A stretch of 34,574 bases of DNA from a virus (Duplodnaviria; Caudoviricetes): IMG/VR virus record IMGVR_UViG_3300006753_000024, positions 1-34,574 of that record; one strand, 5' to 3'. The notes beneath the pieces are model-generated. The model made no database searches. It had not been told where the DNA came from and saw only the letters and a program-made list of their open reading frames with translations. Made by a program: the position numbers and the translations under genes. Positions 17,002 to 23,542 of this stretch are shown here, in pieces (position 1 is the stretch's first letter; each line of letters starts with the position of its first letter).

Positions 17002-17210
17002 ATTGTGATGGTAGGACTTGAACCAAAAGAGCCGTCACTCAACCTACAGGGGTGAAGTTAACAGGAAATGGTTTCTGTTATTTTACCACCCGACCTACAA
17101 TGTAAGACCTCGCTCATCCATTCGGACATCGTCCGGTCACAGGGAGTAACCAGTCCCCTCTTCAGTAGTGCCTTATCTCCTTTCCAAGAGATTATTCAGC
17201 CACATCACAA
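17002..17210 (-). ncRNA. Expanded tRNA-like RNA (~205 nt)
   Basis: Acceptor-like TTGTGATG/CATCACAA; tRNA-like TGGCTGAAT...TAAGGCA D-arm; T-stem GTAGG/CCTAC with GGTTCAAGTCC; insertions in all arms; region has no convincing ORF. Confidence 0.65.
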
Positions 17211-17225
17211 ATTGTAAAAAAACGT
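17210..17225 (-). promoter_or_regulatory. boxA-like motif, copy 2
   Basis: ACGTTTTTTTACAATT, 14/16 identical to 21970-21985; preceded by hairpin ACTTGGAG/CTCCAAGT. Confidence 0.4.
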
Positions 17226-17265
17226 TGATCAAAATTATAACCAGACTTGGAGCTCTCCAAGTTTG

Positions 17266-17463
17266 TCAACGTTGACGTTTTTCTTTTATCTTCCTGATGT
17301 GGGCGGAATCTTGCCCGGAATCTATAGCATCCAGTATTTTAGCTATAAATTTGATTGGCAGAGTCTTGTACTTGCCATGTATACGCAAATGAGCCCGTAT
17401 TTTACCCCTTAAAGCCCGAAACACGTCCTCATCCACTATGAGTCTGAGTTTGTGTTGTTTCAT
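17266..17463 (-). CDS. Hypothetical basic protein
   Basis: 65 aa ORF directly after tRNA-like element E1. Confidence 0.6.
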   Translation of the reverse strand: MKQHKLRLIVDEDVFRALRGKIRAHLRIHGKYKTLPIKFIAKILDAIDSGQDSAHIRKIKEKRQR

Positions 17464-17480
17464 CGTTTTTGCCTTAATAT

Positions 17481-17528
17481 TGAACCCGGGGCTGGAATCG
17501 AACCAGCCCCTTGAACCATTCGGGTTTA
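17481..17528 (-). ncRNA. Mini-tRNA-like element E1
   Basis: AACCCG-AATGGTTCAAG-GGGCTGG-TTCGATT-CCAGCCC-CGGGTT-CA; begins at the upstream stop codon. Confidence 0.8.
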
Positions 17529-17831
17529 CACCTTCTTAGAAAGTACCACCGCTTTTTCGTGACAATACTCCTGTACGCTCCGGGCGAATGTAAGAAACTC
17601 TGACTTTAAATTGGTACATCTGTCACAGCTTCTTTCTGTTTCGTCCACAGCTACCTTCTCCGCTGGTGTATGCTTCAGCATCATTGTCTTCATGCCGTCA
17701 TCAAGTACCTTTGCACAAAGCTGTTTCAAGAGATTCTCAACAGCCCTGTTAATACCATCAAACGTATCCGGACTAATGCGAATGCCCTCTTCGTTGATCA
17801 GCTTCTTAACCTTTGACTTCTGTATCAGCAT
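17526..17831 (-). CDS. Histone-fold protein with C-terminal CxxC and helix
   Basis: MLIQKSKVKKLINEEGIRISPDTFDGINRAVENLLKQLCAKVLDDGMKTM matches the prokaryotic histone pattern (a1, R-I-S loop, long a2, G-x-KT); GGAGG RBS before ATG 17831. Confidence 0.7.
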   Translation of the reverse strand: MLIQKSKVKKLINEEGIRISPDTFDGINRAVENLLKQLCAKVLDDGMKTMMLKHTPAEKVAVDETERSCDRCTNLKSEFLTFARSVQEYCHEKAVVLSKKV

Positions 17832-18270
17832 CTTTGTCCTCCTTGGCAAGGTCTTTTTGCCATTTCCTGTTGCCTAATACATACTCAAGAGCTTCAACCC
17901 AACCGTCATAGATGCGAGTGTCATCCGGGTTGGAGCATTCTTCTGCACCATCCCGACAGTCTTTAAGAGTCGCTTCTACCTCTGCAACTGATATCTCGGG
18001 ACGTGATATGGTTTTATCCACCACCGTAATGGGGGTTTCAATCTTACCATCCTTAACCTCGTTGGCAAAGCGGTCAGCAAGATCACCACACCTTGCGAAC
18101 TCTTCCTTGATGTAGAGCCAAGCCTGTGACTCATCATTCAAGAGAGATTTTTTAAGATGGGTTTCTATGACCAATAAGAGCCCTTTCACCGTAAAACTCC
18201 AACTAGGAGTTACGTCAAGCATCCTTACTGAATCCGGGGCGTGAGTTGTGAACTTTTTAAGTTCTGACAT
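17806..18270 (-). CDS. Hypothetical early protein (154 aa)
   Basis: Start after AAAGGAAAACACACT; C-terminal GWVEALEYVLG motif. Confidence 0.75.
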   Translation of the reverse strand: MSELKKFTTHAPDSVRMLDVTPSWSFTVKGLLLVIETHLKKSLLNDESQAWLYIKEEFARCGDLADRFANEVKDGKIETPITVVDKTISRPEISVAEVEATLKDCRDGAEECSNPDDTRIYDGWVEALEYVLGNRKWQKDLAKEDKDADTEVKG

Positions 18271-18319
18271 AGTGTGTTTTCCTTTCACTTTCGTTTTTGA
18301 TAATGGTCGCCATGACCAT

Positions 18320-18367
18320 TGACCCACGGGCTGGAATCGAACCAGCCCGGGAACCGTTCGTGGGTTA
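18320..18367 (-). ncRNA. Mini-tRNA-like element E2
   Basis: ACCCACG-AACGGTTCCCG-GGCTGG-TTCGATT-CCAGCC-CGTGGGT-C, then hairpin AATGGTC/GACCATT. Confidence 0.8.
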
Positions 18368-18817
18368 CTTTTCGCCTTCAGCCTTTTCCTTCCTGATAGC
18401 GTTCAATACAGTATTCAATGAATCATCGGCTCTCATGTAGGTGTTAAGCCCATTAGAAACATTACACTTGGGATACAACCACCAGAACACCTTCGCCACC
18501 CTATCTCCCTTCTGAGACCATCTCCACAACCGCTTCATGACTTTAAGTTCTAAGTAATACAGCGGTCTGTATTGCTTGTAGGTCAGGGATGTCTTCTTTA
18601 TGTCATCATGAAAGTTCCATTCCCAATCACCAGCATGGAGACCGTGGTAACCGTCACCTTCATAGTGATAGGAATGCGTTAGCTTCCCAGAGTGACCACA
18701 TTCGTGATAGCCACAATAGGGAGCCCTCTCATATTCCCAGCGTTCACCGTCCACCTTCAGCATCCTTTCAATCCACTCTGACAGCTTATAGAACATCTTG
18801 AAAATAAGCTTTTTCAT
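18365..18817 (-). CDS. Hypothetical early protein (150 aa, His/Cys/Trp-rich)
   Basis: Start after AAAGGAAAACACGCT. Confidence 0.75.
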   Translation of the reverse strand: MKKLIFKMFYKLSEWIERMLKVDGERWEYERAPYCGYHECGHSGKLTHSYHYEGDGYHGLHAGDWEWNFHDDIKKTSLTYKQYRPLYYLELKVMKRLWRWSQKGDRVAKVFWWLYPKCNVSNGLNTYMRADDSLNTVLNAIRKEKAEGEK

Positions 18818-18864
18818 AGCGTGTTTTCCTTTCATCTTGTTTTGATTTAATAGCATCATGCTAT

Positions 18865-18908
18865 TGACCCATCCCGGGGAGTTGAACCCCGGGTGCGACC
18901 ATCATGGG
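18865..18908 (-). ncRNA. Mini-tRNA-like element E3
   Basis: CCCAT-GATGGTCGCA-CCCGGGG-TTCAACT-CCCCGGG-ATGGG-TC, then hairpin AATAGCA/TGCTATT. Confidence 0.8.
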
Positions 18909-18920
18909 ATATTATATATA

Positions 18921-19556
18921 TCAGCTTACAGCCGTTACATCCTCATATCTACCACATTTTATACATTCTCTTAGCCTTGCTCCATCTACCAAGAGAGGGT
19001 CTTGGTCTTCATTTATCTTGAAGATTGAATCCGTCTCACATTCACTACAATATGTTATGCGTTCTTCTTCAGCTTCAAGCTGTTTAACCTTCCGGGCGTG
19101 AGATTTGCCCCAGCTAATCGGGGAGTCCTCACGGATATTACCTTCCTCATCAGAGTGACTGACGATAGAACGTGCCAATTTCTCTTTATTCATGGGGTCA
19201 AGGTTTGCCATCCAAGAGATTGGTGATTTCTGCATCTGCTTGAATTTACCCTCTACATAGTTATCTTCGCCGTACAGCTTCCTGTCTCTGCCGTAAATCA
19301 ATTCGCAAAACTCGTAGCCATTGATATCTGTCGTCCATCTGATTAACTGCTGAACCGTGAATGTAGTAGATTCACCAAGAGAGCTTAATTTCTCTTTTAC
19401 CTTGGCAATCAATTCCCAAGCCATATCAATAGTACCTGTTGCCGTAGGGTTAAAGATTGTTTCTCCAGCCGTCATATTCACCCTGCTAATTTCCGGACGA
19501 ACTTCTTCATAGATGTATGTCAACATCTCAAGCATTTCTTTGATTAGTTTCAACAT
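18921..19556 (-). CDS. Hypothetical early protein with C-terminal zinc ribbon (211 aa)
   Basis: CSEC...CIKC; start after GAAGGGAAACACACA. Confidence 0.75.
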   Translation of the reverse strand: MLKLIKEMLEMLTYIYEEVRPEISRVNMTAGETIFNPTATGTIDMAWELIAKVKEKLSSLGESTTFTVQQLIRWTTDINGYEFCELIYGRDRKLYGEDNYVEGKFKQMQKSPISWMANLDPMNKEKLARSIVSHSDEEGNIREDSPISWGKSHARKVKQLEAEEERITYCSECETDSIFKINEDQDPLLVDGARLRECIKCGRYEDVTAVS

Positions 19557-19602
19557 TGTGTGTTTCCCTTCGTATTTGTTTTGATTAACAGCGTCATGCT
19601 GT

Positions 19603-19654
19603 TGCTCCACGTTCAGGAGTCGAACCTGATATATATATATAACCATTCGTGGAG
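19603..19654 (-). ncRNA. Mini-tRNA-like element E4
   Basis: CTCCACG-AATGGT(TA)n-TCAGG-TTCGACT-CCTGA-A-CGTGGAG-C, then hairpin AACAGC/GCTGTT. Confidence 0.8.
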
Positions 19655-19668
19655 TGTTACTTATTTAA

Positions 19669-19896
19669 TCACTTGCTTGACCACGCTCTGTCCCATATTT
19701 CCTCCTCAGTCACCTTCCTTCCTGCTCTACCTTCCTCTATCTTCCATTCCTGCATCAGTTCATTGTACCGCTGGTCATGTTCCTGTTGGGTGGCTTCTCC
19801 ATCCTGCCATAGACATTCATCACTCAAGCTGTAAGATAATTCCAAGAATATTTCGTACATTTCCCTATGCAAGGGAGGGCGTTTATGCACACTCAT
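19669..19896 (-). CDS. Hypothetical early protein
   Basis: 75 aa, ATGA overlap with the upstream gene. Confidence 0.65.
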   Translation of the reverse strand: MSVHKRPPLHREMYEIFLELSYSLSDECLWQDGEATQQEHDQRYNELMQEWKIEEGRAGRKVTEEEIWDRAWSSK

Positions 19897-20192
19897 CTAT
19901 TGGCTCTGCGTCCAGCTTTTACAATGTTCCGGCGTGATTTAGTTTTGCTCTTATCGTTCTGACGCTTTTTCCTTGGGTGAGAGCTCGTTACCTTGGGATC
20001 ATCATCAGATACTTTAGACTGCTGACTGTTGTCCGTTAAAGACCCCGTGTATGCTTGACGGGTCTTAACAACCCTTGTAGCGGTCTCACGGATTTTAGTG
20101 TTCTTATATTCGTCCATAGCGGTATGAATCATAACGCCAATGGCGACCAGTATACCGACAATAAGAATTACGGTTAGTATTGTGTTTTCCAT
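19893..20192 (-). CDS. Membrane-anchored early protein (99 aa)
   Basis: N-terminal hydrophobic helix ILTVILIVGILVAIGVMI, basic tail; start after GAGGAAACACAAC. Confidence 0.75.
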   Translation of the reverse strand: MENTILTVILIVGILVAIGVMIHTAMDEYKNTKIRETATRVVKTRQAYTGSLTDNSQQSKVSDDDPKVTSSHPRKKRQNDKSKTKSRRNIVKAGRRANR

Positions 20193-20231
20193 GTTGTGTT
20201 TCCTCGTTTTGATTAACAGCTTAATTGCTGT

Positions 20232-20276
20232 TGCCCTATGGACGGGAATCGAACCCATCTACATCCAACCATAGGG
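20232..20276 (-). ncRNA. Mini-tRNA-like element E5
   Basis: CCCTATG-GTTGGATGTA-GATGGG-TTCGATT-CCCGTC-CATAGGG-C, then hairpin AACAGC/GCTGTT. Confidence 0.8.
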
Positions 20277-20295
20277 TATATATATACTACGCTTC

Positions 20296-20604
20296 TTAAT
20301 TGAACAGGATAATAACTCCCCGTTCAGAGTCATGAGAGGTAGCTTTCGTATAGTCAACCTTTGCTCTATCGAAGTACTCACCATGCTTAAAACTGACTTC
20401 CCTGTACCGGGGGATAGCAACGTATGGCTCTTTACCGGGAACAGTAACAAGATAGAGATAATCTCTCGTCTCAATATCTTTGAAACTGTGAGTGGTGCCA
20501 CCGGAACTATTAGGGCGTGTTTGCATGTGCATGAAATCTTCAGCACATAATCCATGACCATGGAGTATGTTATCTAAAGATTTAAACCATTTGGCTAATT
20601 TCAT
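20296..20604 (-). CDS. Hypothetical early protein
   Basis: 102 aa; start after GAAGGGAAAACACAAC. Confidence 0.75.
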   Translation of the reverse strand: MKLAKWFKSLDNILHGHGLCAEDFMHMQTRPNSSGGTTHSFKDIETRDYLYLVTVPGKEPYVAIPRYREVSFKHGEYFDRAKVDYTKATSHDSERGVIILFN

Positions 20605-20641
20605 GTTGTGTTTTCCCTTCGTTAAACGGCATCATTACCGT

Positions 20642-20688
20642 TGACCTGCGGGGGAGATTCGAACTCCCCTATCCAGCCATTCGCAGGT
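20642..20688 (-). ncRNA. Mini-tRNA-like element E6
   Basis: ACCTGCG-AATGGCTGGATA-GGGGAG-TTCGAAT-CTCCCC-CGCAGGT-C, then hairpin AACGGTA/TGCCGTT. Confidence 0.8.
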
Positions 20689-20698
20689 TATATATATA

Positions 20699-21592
20699 TT
20701 ACGCTTCCGGCATCTTCCCGTCTTCAACTCCAAGGATGTGATCAGCAGATTTCTGAGCCCTTGACGAAGCCCAGAGAATCCAGTCTTCATTCTTCTTCAG
20801 TTCCTTCATCCAGCCCTTCAGGTAAGCAGTGTGGTTATCCAGTTCAGCCATTTCCATCCCAGAAAAGCCACAAAGAAATGCGCTTGTCATCTCAGCAATG
20901 AGTTCTTCTTTGCTGTATTTCATGCTACCAAAATGGTCAAACTCCACTATCCCTTCACGGTCTAACCGTGATTTGTGACCAGTTGAGTGACCCAGTTCAT
21001 GAAACAGCGTAGAATAGTACTTTTCGGCTGTTGTGAACCGTTCTGGTGCTGGTAGGTGAACTTCATCAGTAGTTGGACGGTAGTAAGCCCGTGCATCAAC
21101 GTCATGGAAGATTTCCGGGGCATCCTTATAGCCCTTGACAATCTTATCGGCTTCTTCAACAGGATTCCAGTCATCAACTTCCTCTTCGTCCACCTTAGTC
21201 CACTTCTCTGGGAGACCTTCGGTCTGTTCAACATTGAATACGTTGAATGAGAATGGTACACCCCATCTACGCTTCAGCTTTTCACCGTCAGTATCAACAG
21301 CACCAGTCTCTTTTTCATACCACTTCCAGTACATTACAGGGGCTGACTTTTCGTCTAACTTAACTCTTCCCCCAAGCTTGTTAATTTGCTTGAATGTAAA
21401 CCAGACAGGATTTCTGTACCCGTAGGATGCAAGAATGATCAAATTGATTCCACGGTATACGTTCCCCGTTGAACCTGACCGTGGAGTATTACCCGGTTTC
21501 CAAGGTACTCTCCAAGGTGCTACACCACTCTCCAGCATCTTTATAATGCGTTCAGTAATATGCTTACAGATTCTCTTGTATGCGTTTGCCAT
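20699..21592 (-). CDS. ardC: ArdC antirestriction protein (ssDNA-binding domain plus zincin)
   Basis: LESGVAPWRVPW, YRGIN, WFTFKQI..GGRV, FNVFNVEQT, AYYRP..D, YYSTLFHELGHSTGH, YSKEELIAE; AAAGGAG RBS. Confidence 0.93.
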   Translation of the reverse strand: MANAYKRICKHITERIIKMLESGVAPWRVPWKPGNTPRSGSTGNVYRGINLIILASYGYRNPVWFTFKQINKLGGRVKLDEKSAPVMYWKWYEKETGAVDTDGEKLKRRWGVPFSFNVFNVEQTEGLPEKWTKVDEEEVDDWNPVEEADKIVKGYKDAPEIFHDVDARAYYRPTTDEVHLPAPERFTTAEKYYSTLFHELGHSTGHKSRLDREGIVEFDHFGSMKYSKEELIAEMTSAFLCGFSGMEMAELDNHTAYLKGWMKELKKNEDWILWASSRAQKSADHILGVEDGKMPEA

Positions 21593-21657
21593 GTGTTCTC
21601 CTTTGTTTGTTGTTCTGTTCATTGGATGACAAATTGATTTGCCTCAGTCATCCTAAA

Positions 21658-21707
21658 TGCTCCCCGGGATGGATTCGAACCATCCGATGGTCTGACCGTC
21701 CGGAGAG
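21658..21707 (-). ncRNA. Mini-tRNA-like element E7
   Basis: CTCTCCG-GACGGTCAGACCATC-GGATGG-TTCGAAT-CCATCC-CGGGGAG-CA, then hairpin GGATGAC/GTCATCC. Confidence 0.8.
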
Positions 21708-21969
21708 TCATCAAAACAAAAGGATTTTAAACACAATTTATAGACGTATTATATCTTTACACTTCCTCCACAAACACCTATTGGCTGGTAGTTCAGGTCT
21801 TCGTCAGCCTTGTCCGGATGTAAAGAGAGGAAGCTCTTCTGCACGTCTTCTTGGTAGGCACCTGTTCCGTGCCACTTGTATTTCTCCGCACGTCCCCTTG
21901 GTCTTTCTCACGCAATCCAACCTCTTTTAACTACCAACCCTTCCGGGCTGTCACGGGGGGGACGAAATC

Positions 21970-22008
21970 AATTGTAAAATAGCGTAAATGCACCACTAAT
22001 CTAGTGGT
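21970..22008 (-). promoter_or_regulatory. Hairpin plus boxA-like motif in the early-operon leader
   Basis: ACCACTA-GAT-TAGTGGT followed by ACGCTATTTTACAATT. Confidence 0.4.
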
Positions 22009-22444
22009 AGACCAAGGCTATTCCTACATATATTTACAAATATGTTGTACCGAACAGAGACTGTGATGGATACCGGGATACCATCTGTTATTGTACACAC
22101 ATGAAGGGAGAGATGTATAGCTGTGACAAGAGGATGGGAGAGTGAGCCCAACTACTGACACATGCTGACCTGACCATGTATGTGGGCTGTTTGTCGTCAA
22201 GGATACAACACAACTGTCATTGAGTTGTGCTCGATGGATCGCTCTAACTCATTGTATATCTGCACATGCGGACATGTGGTGTGTGCATGGTGGGTGTGTG
22301 GTCGGTCACATCCGCATGGGTGCCCCCACCCAGTCCCTTGGAGCCACCCCCCTCCTCTATTGTATATCACGCACTCACACCAAACGGGATTTCACTTTTT
22401 CTCTATCTCTATAGGTATATTTGATGTCCATCTGTCCATATTAA

Positions 22445-22560
22445 GCCCCATGCTAGCCCCATGGATGGGTCATGCTAGGGTCATGTATGGGTCATACTAG
22501 GGTCATGCATGGGTCATGCTAGCCCCATAGATGGGTCATAGATGGGTCATAGATGGGTCT
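22445..22560 (+). repeat. 11-bp tandem repeats (10 full plus 1 partial), probable replication iterons
   Basis: Units G(GGT/CCC)CAT-NNNN in exact 11-bp register, followed by (AAAGAY)x4 and an AT-rich tract at 22586-22720. Confidence 0.8.
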
Positions 22561-22689
22561 AAAGACAAAGATAAAGATAAAGACACTTAATAGTATAACT
22601 GTAATAATATAGATGTAATAATATCCATATGGACTACCATATACATAAGATATATCTTTATATATATAAATAGGAATAAAAAAAAACTA

Positions 22690-22717
22690 TTGACCTTATT
22701 GTACTTTGTTTTATAAG
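22690..22717 (+). promoter_or_regulatory. Putative sigma70-type promoter for the rightward operon
   Basis: TTGACC-16 bp-TATAAG with an upstream A-tract. Confidence 0.45.
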
Positions 22718-22860
22718 TTCTCCTCCAACAATGTTGAGCACAATCATCCACATACTAAAACGGTTACATACGGTGGGCTATAACAGGAAACTCCCTCAGC
22801 ATACATCCCTGCAAAATCCTAAGTTCACCGTATTGACCAAAGAAAGGAACCAAACCAAAT

Positions 22861-23196
22861 ATGAAAATTTCCCATGTAACTAAGCCCCCAGAGGATGCTA
22901 ACTGGGGTAAAGTAAAGTGTTATTTTTCCATTGAAATTGGAAGCGGAATAATAATACCAAGTTTTAAGTTAATTGAGGGGGCTAACGGTCTTTTTGTCGC
23001 TCCTCCTTCAATGAAATCAGAAGATGGCACATATAAGGACTTAGTATATCTTCGCAAGGAAGCCCGTGAGGAGATGCTCCCCTTAGTCTTAGATGCGTAT
23101 AAGAAAGAACCCTCCAGTGGCTCTGGTGAGCCTTTGATCAAGCCGGATTTCCCAGTGAAGGGAGACTCTTCTGATACTACTGATTTACCTTTTTAG
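22861..23196 (+). CDS. SpoVG-like nucleic-acid-binding protein with SSB-like acidic tail
   Basis: FKLIEGANGLFVAPPS..DGTYKDLV; C-terminal DTTDLPF. Confidence 0.8.
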   Translation: MKISHVTKPPEDANWGKVKCYFSIEIGSGIIIPSFKLIEGANGLFVAPPSMKSEDGTYKDLVYLRKEAREEMLPLVLDAYKKEPSSGSGEPLIKPDFPVKGDSSDTTDLPF

Positions 23197-23369
23197 TGGG
23201 CACAAACAGACGGGATATAAACACATTTATAAGCAGGCGTGGTTTAATCAATTTGTATAAGTCCTTAGAGAAAGAGGGCAGACTTGGAACTGGTGGATTA
23301 AGAAGATTAGAGGAGCTTCAAAACAAGAAAAAGCCAAAGAGAGGTATACGATGGACACTTATACAATAG
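23196..23369 (+). CDS. Small hypothetical protein (57 aa, not in ORF track)
   Basis: GTG overlapping the previous TAG; open frame fills the gap. Confidence 0.5.
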   Translation: MGTNRRDINTFISRRGLINLYKSLEKEGRLGTGGLRRLEELQNKKKPKRGIRWTLIQ

Positions 23370-23542
23370 GTGACTGGGTAAAGTTAGAGGGTGAAGAAGA
23401 TTCCTTTCATATCTTAGATATTGATAATAATAGTGGTTTTATTAAGGTAGAAGATATAAGCGGGCACACCTTTGCAATAGACCAGAGTGCAGTGACTAAG
23501 AAGCTTACAAACGAAGAGATACATGGATTTAAAAGTGAATAA
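23351..23542 (+). CDS. Small SH3/KOW-like hypothetical protein
   Basis: YTIGDWVKL pattern; GAGG RBS. Confidence 0.6.
   Translation: MDTYTIGDWVKLEGEEDSFHILDIDNNSGFIKVEDISGHTFAIDQSAVTKKLTNEEIHGFKSE

Noticed and set aside
17110-17170. Hammerhead ribozyme (CTGAAGA here, CTGACGA near 21805)
   Set aside because: No correctly placed GAAA, stem III and NUH could be assembled by hand.
17234-17269. Sigma70 promoter TTGACA...TATAAT on the minus strand
   Set aside because: Spacer is 24 bp, too long for a canonical promoter; it contains a hairpin, so it is left as a curiosity.
16856-21622. Upstream-extended starts in the ORF track (17038, 17849, 18327, 18859, 19646, 20258, 21622)
   Set aside because: They run through the structured elements, leaders or the neighbouring gene; downstream ATGs have clear RBSs.
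17481-21707. Calling E1-E7 true tRNA genes, tRNA pseudogenes or terminators
   Set aside because: About 45-50 nt, with no anticodon arm or CCA. Uniform architecture and position argue against random decay, and there are no U-tracts.
22445-22560. CRISPR array
   Set aside because: Contiguous 11-bp units without unique spacers; no cas genes.
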